Origin: a virus
Virus record (IMG/VR): IMGVR_UViG_3300040807_000340
Reading direction: 5' to 3' (one strand)
Length of the DNA: 33,480 bases
The notes beneath the pieces were generated by a model. It ran no database searches and was not told where the DNA came from. It saw only the letters and a program-made list of their open reading frames with translations. Of this stretch, positions 7,223 through 16,221 are shown piece by piece (the stretch's first letter is position 1; each line of letters opens with the position of its first letter). Both the position numbers and the translations under genes were made by a program.

Positions 7223-8780
7223 CGTTGAGCAAATAATCAAAAGGCATGAGTTGGCCCAGCGCCGCAAAGATAATTGGCGTCAGATTTACGAAGACTGCTA
7301 TGAGTTTGGATTGCCACAGCGCAATTTGTACGATGGTTTCTATGAGGGTGGTGGCGCACCAGGCCAAAACAAAATGGTGCGGGTGTTTGACAGTACCGCC
7401 ATAAATGCGACACAGCGCTTTGCAAACCGTATTCAGTCTGGCCTGTTCCCCCCATACGCGCCTTGGTGCCGCCTAGAGCCGGGGCCAGACATTCCACAAG
7501 ACCGCCAAATCGAAGCACAGATGGCGCTGGATATGTATGGCGAAACTATGTTTAGCCTGTTGCGGCAGTCTAATTTTGATTTGGCTATGGGTGAATTTTT
7601 GCTTGATCTAGCCGTTGGCACCGCCGTTATGCTGGTGCAGCCCGGCGATGATATGACACCCATTCGCTTTACCGCTGTGCCACAGTATCTGGTCAGCATC
7701 GAAGAGGGTGCGCATGGCAGGGTTGATAATGTCTATCGCCGTATGCGCCTTAAAGGCGAGGCCATTACGCAGCATTGGCAAGATGCGCAAATCCCAGAAA
7801 AGTTACAGCGCTTAATTGATGATAAGCCCACCGAAGAAATTGACCTTATTGAAGCCACATTGTATGACCCAGAAAAGGGTGATTTCTGTTATCACGTTAT
7901 TTGGTCGGCTGGTAAAGCAGAACTATTGATGCGCCGCATGAAGTCATCGCCTTGGATTGTGGCGCGTTACATGAAGGTGGCAGGTGAGGTATATGGCCGC
8001 GGGCCACTGGTCACAGCTATCCCTGACATTAAGACGCTAAATAAGACGCTGGAGTTGCTGTTAAAGAATGCCAGCCTGTCTATTGCCGGCGTTTATACAG
8101 CGGCTGATGACGGCGTTTTAAACCCGCAAAATATCCGCATTGCGCCGGGTGCCATTATTCCGGTTGCGCGTAACGGTGGCCCACAAGGCGAAAGCCTACG
8201 CCAGATGCCGCGTTCTGGTGATTTCAATGTGTCGCAGATCGTGATCAATGACCTGCGTATGAACGTCAAAAAGATCTTGCTGGACGACACACTGCCGCCT
8301 GACAATATGTCGGCCCGGTCTGCCACAGAGATTGCAGAGCGCATGAAGGAACTGGCCCAGAACCTTGGGTCTGCCTTTGGTCGCCTCATAACAGAAACTA
8401 TGGTGCCGCTGGTGGCGCGTATCTTATACATTATGGATGAGCGCGGCCTGATTGAGATGCCACTGCGTGTCAATGGGCTAGAGGTAAAGGTCACACCCGT
8501 CAGCCCTATTGCACAAGCACAGAACATGGGCGATATAGAAAAAATCATGCAGTGGGTGCAGATGTCATCAGCGCTTGGGCCAGAAGGTCAGATGGCTGTG
8601 AAGACCGGCAGCATTGCTGACTATGTGGCTGACAAACTAGGTGTTCCAGCGAATTTGCGCACGACACCACAAGAACGTCAGCAGATGATGGAGCAGGCTG
8701 CGCAAATGATGCAGATGCAAGCACAAGCACAGGGTGGTGCGCCGGTTCAAGGTGAGGCACCACCAGAAGGGATGATGTAA
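7215..8780 (+). CDS. Portal protein (T7-type head-to-tail connector family)
   Basis: 521 aa. The N-terminus ..RHELAQRRKDNWRQIYEDCYEFGLPQRN is typical of podoviral connector proteins. The gene sits between terL and the scaffold/capsid genes. Confidence 0.85.
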   Translation: MHSVEQIIKRHELAQRRKDNWRQIYEDCYEFGLPQRNLYDGFYEGGGAPGQNKMVRVFDSTAINATQRFANRIQSGLFPPYAPWCRLEPGPDIPQDRQIEAQMALDMYGETMFSLLRQSNFDLAMGEFLLDLAVGTAVMLVQPGDDMTPIRFTAVPQYLVSIEEGAHGRVDNVYRRMRLKGEAITQHWQDAQIPEKLQRLIDDKPTEEIDLIEATLYDPEKGDFCYHVIWSAGKAELLMRRMKSSPWIVARYMKVAGEVYGRGPLVTAIPDIKTLNKTLELLLKNASLSIAGVYTAADDGVLNPQNIRIAPGAIIPVARNGGPQGESLRQMPRSGDFNVSQIVINDLRMNVKKILLDDTLPPDNMSARSATEIAERMKELAQNLGSAFGRLITETMVPLVARILYIMDERGLIEMPLRVNGLEVKVTPVSPIAQAQNMGDIEKIMQWVQMSSALGPEGQMAVKTGSIADYVADKLGVPANLRTTPQERQQMMEQAAQMMQMQAQAQGGAPVQGEAPPEGMM

Positions 8781-9049
8781 TGAACCCGGACGGCTGGGAA
8801 GGTCTGCAAACTGTAGACCCTGAGATTGCAAAAAAACAGCAAGTTGATAAAGATGACATTGATCGTCTTTATTTGCGCGTATTCGCCAGTGACGATGGGG
8901 CAAAGCTGCTCACCCATTTGCGCTCACTGACGATTGAGCAGCCTAGTTGGTATCCCGGAGAGGATGCCAGCCACGGTTATGCTAGAGAGGGCCAGAACAG
9001 TCTGGTGCGTGAAATTGAGCGGCGAATGAAAAGAGCGAGAAACCTATGA
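8780..9049 (+). CDS. Small conserved protein following the portal gene (Bbp19-like resemblance)
   Basis: TAATG coupling to the portal gene. Pattern F.S.DG..LL..L.........REGQNSLVREI. Confidence 0.5.
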   Translation: MNPDGWEGLQTVDPEIAKKQQVDKDDIDRLYLRVFASDDGAKLLTHLRSLTIEQPSWYPGEDASHGYAREGQNSLVREIERRMKRARNL

Positions 9050-9816
9050 ACGACACAGATGGCCTGTTGGCCGAAGCCCAAATTGAGGGTGACGATAACC
9101 AACAGCAATCAGAAGAAAGCAGCATTTCACATCTTGAGGCGTCTAATGAAACCGCGCCAGATCAAGTAGAGAATAATGAAGAGCCTACCCGGCCAGAGTG
9201 GTTGCCGGAAAAATTTAAAACTGGTGAAGATCTGGCAGGTGCGTATGCTGAACTGCAAAAAAAGTTTTCTCAAGGAAAACATAAAGCCCCTGAAAATTAT
9301 GATACGAGCATTTTTGAAGATGCCGGGGTTGGTGACGATGACCCTCTTTATAATGTTTATAGAGACTGGGCAAAAGAAAATGGGGTTAGCCAGTCGGCGT
9401 TTGATCAATTGGCTGGCACGTTCATACAGATGGCACAAGGCGCACATCAAGAGGCTGAAATCTCTTACAAAGAAGAATACGAAAAACTGGGCCAAAATGC
9501 TGATGTCACTATTAAGTCGATGACAGACTGGGCATCAAGCCTGGTGCGCAAGGGCGTTTGGTCTGAGGCTGATTTTGAGGAGTTTAAGGTTATGGGCGGC
9601 ACGGCGCAGGGCTTAAAGGCTTTGCAAAAGGTTCGCTCTTACTACGGTGATAAGGTCATTCCTGTTGATGTTGGGCCTATGGACGGTATGCCATCCAAAG
9701 ATGAGTTGATGGCGATGGTCGGAAAACCAGAATACAACAGTGACCCGGCCTACCGTAACAAAGTCGAAAGATTGTTTGAGCAGGCATTTGGCACACAAGA
9801 TTATTCCCCAATTTAA
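9046..9816 (+). CDS. Scaffolding protein (positional call)
   Basis: Acidic, helix-rich 256-aa protein between the portal and major capsid genes, with an ATGA overlap to the upstream gene. Confidence 0.6.
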   Translation: MNDTDGLLAEAQIEGDDNQQQSEESSISHLEASNETAPDQVENNEEPTRPEWLPEKFKTGEDLAGAYAELQKKFSQGKHKAPENYDTSIFEDAGVGDDDPLYNVYRDWAKENGVSQSAFDQLAGTFIQMAQGAHQEAEISYKEEYEKLGQNADVTIKSMTDWASSLVRKGVWSEADFEEFKVMGGTAQGLKALQKVRSYYGDKVIPVDVGPMDGMPSKDELMAMVGKPEYNSDPAYRNKVERLFEQAFGTQDYSPI

Positions 9817-9822
9817 TCTAAG

Positions 9823-9853
9823 CACGGCAGTTGTTTACAATTGCCGTGTTTTT
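9823..9853 (+). terminator. Rho-independent terminator-like hairpin between the scaffold and capsid genes
   Basis: 11-bp stem cacggcagttg/caattgccgtg (one G-U pair), 4-nt loop, followed by TTTTT at 9849-9853. Confidence 0.6.
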
Positions 9854-9996
9854 CTATAAAATCACCATTGGCAGACAACCACTTCGGCCTGTCGAAACCG
9901 CTTGGGGGCGTAGCGTATATGCCCAAGTCGCAGCCCGTAAGGATACCTGCTTGGCGTCAAATCGTGTTTTAACTTTGTAAAGAAAAGGATAGGAAA

Positions 9997-10830
9997 ATGG
10001 CAGTAGGCATTTCCAATGCTTTTGTACAATTGTTCGATGCCGAGGTTAAGCAGGCATACCAAGCGCAACGCGCTTTGGCTGGCTTGACACGCGAGCGTTC
10101 AAATGTCGAAGGCAATCAGGTGAAGTTTCCGAAGATCGGGAAAGGCACCGCAACAGTTCGTGTTCCGCAGACTGATGTAACCCCATTGAATGTGACTTAC
10201 TCACAAGTCACAGCCACAATGAGCGACTACATTGCTGCTGAATATTCAGACATCTTCTCACAGCAGAAGGTGAACTTTGACGAGCGCCGCGAATTGGTGC
10301 AAGTAGTTGGTGCCGCTATCGGTCGCCGCATGGATCAGTTGACCATTGATGCACTTACATCATCAGGCACATCACTGACCGTTGCGACTAGCGTTGGTGG
10401 TGCTGGTACAAACATGAACATCGAAAAGCTAATTGAAGCAAAGAAGCTGCTTGATGCCGGTAACGTACCAATGGAAGGGCGCTGTATGCTCATCCACGCC
10501 AACACACTTGCTGGCCTTTTAGGTGAAACTCAGGTTACCAGTGCAGACTTTGCGTCAGTCAAAGCGCTTGTACAAGGTGACATTGACACTTTCATGGGCT
10601 TCAAGTTTGTGACTATTGGTGATCGTGACGAAGGGGGCTTGCCAAAGCCATCAACCCGCACCTGCTTTGCATTCCATAAGGATGCGGTCGGCGTTGGTAT
10701 CGGCATGAACCAAAAGTCTGAAATTCACTACGTTCCAGAAAAGACATCATTCCTTGTGTCATCAATGTTCAGCGCTGGCGCTGTAGCAATTGATGCCGAA
10801 GGTATTGTTGCCATTTCTTGCACCGAATAG
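9997..10830 (+). CDS. Major capsid protein (HK97-fold type)
   Basis: Strong SD aaaaggatagg. 277 aa. It follows the scaffold gene and has its own leader and a downstream hairpin. The N-terminal pattern FVQLFDAEVKQAYQ...L....R is typical of podoviral capsid proteins. Confidence 0.8.
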   Translation: MAVGISNAFVQLFDAEVKQAYQAQRALAGLTRERSNVEGNQVKFPKIGKGTATVRVPQTDVTPLNVTYSQVTATMSDYIAAEYSDIFSQQKVNFDERRELVQVVGAAIGRRMDQLTIDALTSSGTSLTVATSVGGAGTNMNIEKLIEAKKLLDAGNVPMEGRCMLIHANTLAGLLGETQVTSADFASVKALVQGDIDTFMGFKFVTIGDRDEGGLPKPSTRTCFAFHKDAVGVGIGMNQKSEIHYVPEKTSFLVSSMFSAGAVAIDAEGIVAISCTE

Positions 10831-10845
10831 TAGAGGAGATAAAAA

Positions 10846-11118
10846 ATGGCTTTTTCTGCAAACGGTTGGAATGTTATTGGTGCGGCTAAGAAGGGCAACG
10901 CCCCTTCTATGTACACCTACACATCAGCAGACGCGATTGCGACTGTTAACACATCTGGTTATTTCAATGACCTGTCAGACACTCTGGCAGTCGGCGATGT
11001 AATCTTTGTGCATGACAGTGCAACACCAACAATGAACATTGTGATGGTGGCATCAAATGCGTCTGGCGTTGTCGATGTGACTGATGGCACAGCCATCAGC
11101 ATGACTGACAGCGACTAA
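10846..11118 (+). CDS. Small structural-module protein (possible head decoration or accessory protein)
   Basis: Strong SD gaggagataaaaaATG. 90 aa. It lies directly after the capsid gene and before a hairpin. Confidence 0.55.
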   Translation: MAFSANGWNVIGAAKKGNAPSMYTYTSADAIATVNTSGYFNDLSDTLAVGDVIFVHDSATPTMNIVMVASNASGVVDVTDGTAISMTDSD

Positions 11119-11125
11119 ACTTGTT

Positions 11126-11160
11126 AGTGGGGCTGGGTGACCGGCCCCACTTTCCCTTAT
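11126..11160 (+). terminator. Hairpin after the capsid block (weak terminator candidate)
   Basis: Stem agtggggc/gccccact (8 bp) with a 10-nt loop, followed by the T-rich ttcccttattt. Confidence 0.4.
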
Positions 11161-11173
11161 TTGGAGTGGCGTG

Positions 11174-11788
11174 ATGGCGCAGGGCGATACTAAATTATCA
11201 ATATGTTCTGAGGCATTAATCATGCTGGGGGCTGCGCCCCTTTCTTCATTTGCAACCGGCACCGATGAAGCGCAGGTTGCTGATCGTCTTTATGACGACA
11301 TCCGCGATACTATCTTGATGCAGTACCCATTTAGCTGGTCTGTCAGGAAAGTAAAGCTAGGCCGCTTGGCTAGTACCCCCATCAATGAATGGAAATATAC
11401 CTACGCACTGCCGGGCGATATTCTTGGCAACCCAAAGGCTGTGTTCAATGTTAATAGCGTTGGGGCTTTGCCGCAGCGTGATTTTGAAATTTATAATTTG
11501 GGGCTTTATACAAATTACGAAGATGTTTGGATTGATTACCAGTTTAGACCAACAGAGGCCACATTCCCGCCTTATTTCGTGCGGCTGTTAAAGATGGCGC
11601 TGGCAGCAGACTTTGCAGAGCCGGTGACCGATCAGATTACTAAGGGTGACTATTATCACGCGAAAGCATACGGCGCACCTTCCGAAAATATGCGCGGTGG
11701 CCTTATGCGTGTCGCCATCAACATTGATGGTGCAGATCGCCCGGCGCAACAAATACAAGAGTTTCCTATTTCCGATATAAGGTTCTAA
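11174..11788 (+). CDS. Tail tubular protein A / adaptor (T7 gp11-like)
   Basis: N-terminal pattern LSICSEALIMLGAAPLSSF....AQVADRLYDDIRDTIL..YPFSW parallels gp11-type adaptors. The gene is directly upstream of the gp12-like gene. Confidence 0.6.
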   Translation: MAQGDTKLSICSEALIMLGAAPLSSFATGTDEAQVADRLYDDIRDTILMQYPFSWSVRKVKLGRLASTPINEWKYTYALPGDILGNPKAVFNVNSVGALPQRDFEIYNLGLYTNYEDVWIDYQFRPTEATFPPYFVRLLKMALAADFAEPVTDQITKGDYYHAKAYGAPSENMRGGLMRVAINIDGADRPAQQIQEFPISDIRF

Positions 11789-11789
11789 T

Positions 11790-13997
11790 ATGAGCCGCAT
11801 TATTCAAATCCAAAATGATTTCACAAGTGGCGAACTAGACCCAAAGCTACGCGCCCGGACTGACATTAGTCAGTATCAATCTGGGCTTGCTACTGCTCTT
11901 AATGTCAGCATCCAGCCGCAAGGTGGCGCAAAGCGCCGTGACGGCACCAAGTTTATTGCTGAATTGGACAGTGGTGCAGGCGCTGCTGTGCGCATGGTGC
12001 CTTTTGAGTTTAGCATTGTTGACAGTTATATGTTGGTATTTACACCGGGGAAAATGTATGTTTTTAAAAACGGCACACTAATAACAAATATAAACGCCAG
12101 CGGAAATGATTACCTAACAATCGCAGGTGTGACAGCGGGCATTATCCCGGAGATGAACTGGATACAATCAGCCGACACAATCATCATCGTGCATGAAGAT
12201 CTTGCCCCATTAAAAATTGTTCGCGGCGCAACCAATGCCGATTGGACCGCGTCAACAATTGAATTTGACTACACGCCATTGTATGCGTTTGAGTTTGATG
12301 TTCACAGCCCACAGTTTACAATCACGCCATCTGCTACTGTCGGCAATATCACTATTACCGCCAGCGCTGTTACGACAGACACGGGAACGGCACAGGCCGG
12401 ATCTAGCAACACAATTACATTAAAAGCAGCTAGCAGCTTTACCTTGGACGATGAGCCTAACGGTATGTTTATAGAAATTACTGCTGGAACAGGGGCCGGA
12501 CAAAAGCGCCACATTGAAGATTACGTTGCGTCAACAAAAGTGGCAACGGTTTACCCGGCGTGGGACACGGTGCCAAACGGCACATCCAACTACAAAATAT
12601 CTGCGTTTAACAGTGCGGCTGTTGGTGAATACGCTGTCGTTGACAGTGGATTTGGTCGGGCGCGGTATGTTGAATATGTCAGCGACACAGTAATGAAGGC
12701 ATATGTTGAAATACCGTTCTTTGATACCAGTTCGATAACGAAGGGCAAATGGAACAGTGAGCATGGATATGAGGCGGTGTGGTCAGCGACACGCGGCTGG
12801 CCGCGCAGTGTGACATTTCACGAGGGCCGCCTTTATTTTGGTGGCAGCAAATCGCGGCCATCAACTATATGGGGTAGTCGGGTATCTGATTTTTTTAACT
12901 TTGATCCTGGCGAGGCACTTGATGATGCTGGGGTTGAGGCCACATTAGACACCGGCACGTTCAATGCCATTGTTGATATTTACTCAGGGCGTCATTTACA
13001 AATATTTACAACCGGCGCTGAGTTTTATGTCCCACAGGCGCTGGATGAACCTATCACGCCGTCCAATTTAATTGTCAAACAGCAAACCGCGTTTGGCATG
13101 AAGCCCGGCATCAGGCTACAGAACGTGGATGGCTCAACACTGTACATACAGCGCCAAGGAAAATCGCTGCAAGAATTTATTTATAGCGACACTGTGGCTG
13201 CCTACACATCAGCAAAAATATCTTTATTGTCGTCACATCTTTTAAAGACCCCCGAAGAAATGGCAGTGCGAAAATCAACCGGCACTGATGAGGGTGACAG
13301 GTTAATGCTGGTAAACGGCGATGATGGCAGCATCGCTTGTTATACGTTATTGCGTAGCCAGAACGTCATCGCGCCGTCAGAGTGGACAACCAGTGGAGAG
13401 TTTAAAAGCATTGGTGTGGATGTAGATGATATCTATACTGTTGTGAAACGCACCGTGAATGGCGCTGATGTTTATTATGTTGAGGTGTTTGACGCAGATG
13501 CCTTGCTTGATTGTTCCTTGGTTGGTGGCGCGGCAGCCGATGTTGACGTAACACACCTAGAGGGCGAGACAGTCAAGATCATCCGGGACGGCATCATTGA
13601 GGCTGACCAAACCGTTCCGGCCTCGCCCTTCACTGTAACATTTGCCACTGCGGCAACGACAAGCTATCAGGTTGGTCTAAACTTTACGCCGCAGATTAAG
13701 ACCCTGCCGGTTGAGCCAAACCTATCAAGCGGATCACTAAAGGGATTTAAGAAGCGCATTTTTGAGGTGAACGCACAATTATTTGAAACGCAATCTTTGA
13801 CAATTGATGGCAAGTTGGTGCCGTTTAGAAAGTTTGGCCCCAACGTGCTTGGTGGTGCGGTCCCAGAATACACTGGTATTAAAACGCTACATTCTATGTT
13901 AGGTTATACCTACGATGGTCAGATAACGATTGGTCAAGAGGTCCCATTAAAAATGACACTGCTTGGCATTGATTATAAAGTGAGTGCTGGACAATGA
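11790..13997 (+). CDS. Tail tubular protein B / nozzle (T7 gp12-like)
   Basis: 735 aa. The N-terminus QNDFTSGELDPKLRARTDISQYQSGLATALNV.IQPQGGAKRRDGTKF is typical of this family. Confidence 0.7.
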   Translation: MSRIIQIQNDFTSGELDPKLRARTDISQYQSGLATALNVSIQPQGGAKRRDGTKFIAELDSGAGAAVRMVPFEFSIVDSYMLVFTPGKMYVFKNGTLITNINASGNDYLTIAGVTAGIIPEMNWIQSADTIIIVHEDLAPLKIVRGATNADWTASTIEFDYTPLYAFEFDVHSPQFTITPSATVGNITITASAVTTDTGTAQAGSSNTITLKAASSFTLDDEPNGMFIEITAGTGAGQKRHIEDYVASTKVATVYPAWDTVPNGTSNYKISAFNSAAVGEYAVVDSGFGRARYVEYVSDTVMKAYVEIPFFDTSSITKGKWNSEHGYEAVWSATRGWPRSVTFHEGRLYFGGSKSRPSTIWGSRVSDFFNFDPGEALDDAGVEATLDTGTFNAIVDIYSGRHLQIFTTGAEFYVPQALDEPITPSNLIVKQQTAFGMKPGIRLQNVDGSTLYIQRQGKSLQEFIYSDTVAAYTSAKISLLSSHLLKTPEEMAVRKSTGTDEGDRLMLVNGDDGSIACYTLLRSQNVIAPSEWTTSGEFKSIGVDVDDIYTVVKRTVNGADVYYVEVFDADALLDCSLVGGAAADVDVTHLEGETVKIIRDGIIEADQTVPASPFTVTFATAATTSYQVGLNFTPQIKTLPVEPNLSSGSLKGFKKRIFEVNAQLFETQSLTIDGKLVPFRKFGPNVLGGAVPEYTGIKTLHSMLGYTYDGQITIGQEVPLKMTLLGIDYKVSAGQ

Positions 13998-14464
13998 GTG
14001 CCGGTGGTGCATTATTAGCGATTGGTGGTCTGCAAGCCTTTGCGTCAATGCAATCTGCAAAGGCGCAGGCAAAAGGGCTGGCCGCGCAGGCTTCTATGGC
14101 GCGTCTGCAAGGTCGCCAAGAGGCTTTGAAATATAAGCAGCAAGGCGTTGCTGTTTTAGACAATATATTACGCACACAGTCGGCAATAAATGCAAGAAAG
14201 GCGGCTGGCAACGTAGATCCATTTAGCGGGTCTGGTTTGAGCCTGATGCGTTTTGCGCAAGCTACTGGGACAAAAGAGTATGCGATGACAGAAAATAACG
14301 CATTAATAGCATTGCGCGGTGGTGAAATGCAGGCCGGGCAATACATGACGCAAGCAACAGCCACAATGAGGGCTGGGATGTTGCAGGGTATTAGTGCCAT
14401 TGGTCAGGCTTACGCAACAAAATCTTTGATAGGGACGGCGCCTCTTGAGCCGACTATTACATAA
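13994..14464 (+). CDS. Internal virion protein (gp14-like position)
   Basis: 156 aa, Ala/Gln-rich and helical, with an ATGA overlap after the nozzle gene. Confidence 0.5.
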   Translation: MSAGGALLAIGGLQAFASMQSAKAQAKGLAAQASMARLQGRQEALKYKQQGVAVLDNILRTQSAINARKAAGNVDPFSGSGLSLMRFAQATGTKEYAMTENNALIALRGGEMQAGQYMTQATATMRAGMLQGISAIGQAYATKSLIGTAPLEPTIT

Positions 14465-16221
14465 TGGCTGAAGCACCAAGATATAGACCATTAGGGGTTA
14501 GCGTATCATCTATGCCAGCAATTGACTATGTGTCGGCTGGCCGGGCGCAGGCGAATGTTTATGACACCCTTAATCGGGGTCTAGACACTATGTTTCGTTT
14601 CGCCACACAAAAGGCAGAGGCCGCCGCAAAGGTAGAAGCGGCGCAATATGCATTTGAAAATCCGATAACAAAAGACCAATTAGTAACAGCATTGGGAGAC
14701 GGTTCAGATGTTACTGAACTTGTTGGTGACCCAACCACTGTGTTTGGTTCTGTGACATCTGCCAGTTACGCAACACAGCTATCAACAGAACTGCAAAAAG
14801 AATTAACCAAGTCGATTAATACATACGATGCCCAAATCAATGCAGGTATTTTTGTTGATGCCGCCGAAATGCAAAAAGACCTAAAGGCTATGATTGTCGG
14901 ACATGGCGAACTGATAGCCCAAATAGACCCAAGTGCTGGGCTAAAATATGGCGCTTCTGCCAATGCGTCTGCGTCTGTTGTATATAAGGCCGCATTAGAG
15001 CATCAATTCAAGATGCGCCAAGTCGCTCTTAAAGACAGCGCAAATGCAATGGTTGAGATGTTGCCAAACACCATTAAATCAATATTTAAAAACCACAAAG
15101 GCGACTACGAAGCGACTATGGGTTTAGTTGCCAATGCTATGTCAAACACAAGCAATTCTATTGTGGCGACAGGCGACTATGATTTTATCAAATCAAAAGG
15201 CGAGATTGTGCGTAATGTTATACAAGAGCAACAGCAAAACGTCTTAATTGATTATGCTATGACTAGCGATGAAATTATGTCTGCGGCATTGTCTAGAGGG
15301 GATTTTGGTGGGGATTATACAGATCTGTTTATAAACCTAGATGATGGTGGCAAAGCTATTGTCAGGGAAGGCATCCGCAAGCAACGTGATGCAAAGATAA
15401 ATGATGACAAAGTCACAAGAGATTTGGCTCTTAATGACGCAAAGAAAAATGTCCATAAAAACATGGTGCTTATGTCTACGTTTGAATATCAAGGTGCTTC
15501 ATATAATGAAGCGATGAGTAGGCTGCAATCTATGTCAATTACGTTTCCAGAAGCCGTGACGCCATCGCAAATAGTTTCTCTTGACAGCGCCTTGGACCCA
15601 ACAAAAACAGAGCAGCCAAATTACATTGGTGAATTTCAAATTAGAAAAGAAATATTAAGCGGGCAGTTGACAACTGCTGGAGACATTGAAAATCGCGCTG
15701 CGGAACTTAATGTCGGCGCAAAACAGCAAATACAAATTTTGCCACTTTTGGCAACAAAGGACAAAGAGGTTGAAAGCAAAGTTGATAAAGCGGCAAGATC
15801 ATTTTCTAAGGTTGTGCCGGGATCTGATCCAACCAGAGATCAGTCAGCGGCCTACTATGATTTTCGCCGCAAGGTTGATGCGCGTTATCAAGCGTCTCTT
15901 GATGAATGGACGGCTGGCGGTGAAGTGGGGCCGCGCCCATCGTTAATTGAAGTGGCTGAAAAATTTGAATTGGAATCGCGGCAGAGTGTTGAGCAAACAA
16001 ACCTTGATAAAGAAGTTGCTTTTTTAACTCAAAGATTCGGGCCTGATGGTGCAACGCCTTTAAACATAACAATCACAGAATATACAACAGAAGCCGAAAT
16101 ACGGCAGGCATTGATAGACGCTGGGTATACGGGCGACAAATTAAATGATTTGATGCGTAGTGTTCCAGCCTTAATTTATAAAATCAAAGAGGCTAGAGAT
16201 AAGAGGGATGCGTTAAGATGA
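14464..16221 (+). CDS. Internal virion protein (gp15-like position)
   Basis: 585 aa, with TAATG coupling. I recognise no enzymatic motif. Confidence 0.5.
   Translation: MAEAPRYRPLGVSVSSMPAIDYVSAGRAQANVYDTLNRGLDTMFRFATQKAEAAAKVEAAQYAFENPITKDQLVTALGDGSDVTELVGDPTTVFGSVTSASYATQLSTELQKELTKSINTYDAQINAGIFVDAAEMQKDLKAMIVGHGELIAQIDPSAGLKYGASANASASVVYKAALEHQFKMRQVALKDSANAMVEMLPNTIKSIFKNHKGDYEATMGLVANAMSNTSNSIVATGDYDFIKSKGEIVRNVIQEQQQNVLIDYAMTSDEIMSAALSRGDFGGDYTDLFINLDDGGKAIVREGIRKQRDAKINDDKVTRDLALNDAKKNVHKNMVLMSTFEYQGASYNEAMSRLQSMSITFPEAVTPSQIVSLDSALDPTKTEQPNYIGEFQIRKEILSGQLTTAGDIENRAAELNVGAKQQIQILPLLATKDKEVESKVDKAARSFSKVVPGSDPTRDQSAAYYDFRRKVDARYQASLDEWTAGGEVGPRPSLIEVAEKFELESRQSVEQTNLDKEVAFLTQRFGPDGATPLNITITEYTTEAEIRQALIDAGYTGDKLNDLMRSVPALIYKIKEARDKRDALR

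Noticed and set aside
13894-14400. Long antisense ORFs inside structural genes (also 6380-6808, 6739-7116, 8093-8548, 18429-18911, 20535-20855, 27017-27481)
   Set aside because: All are fully embedded opposite well-supported plus-strand genes, lack ribosome-binding sites and have no recognisable motifs.
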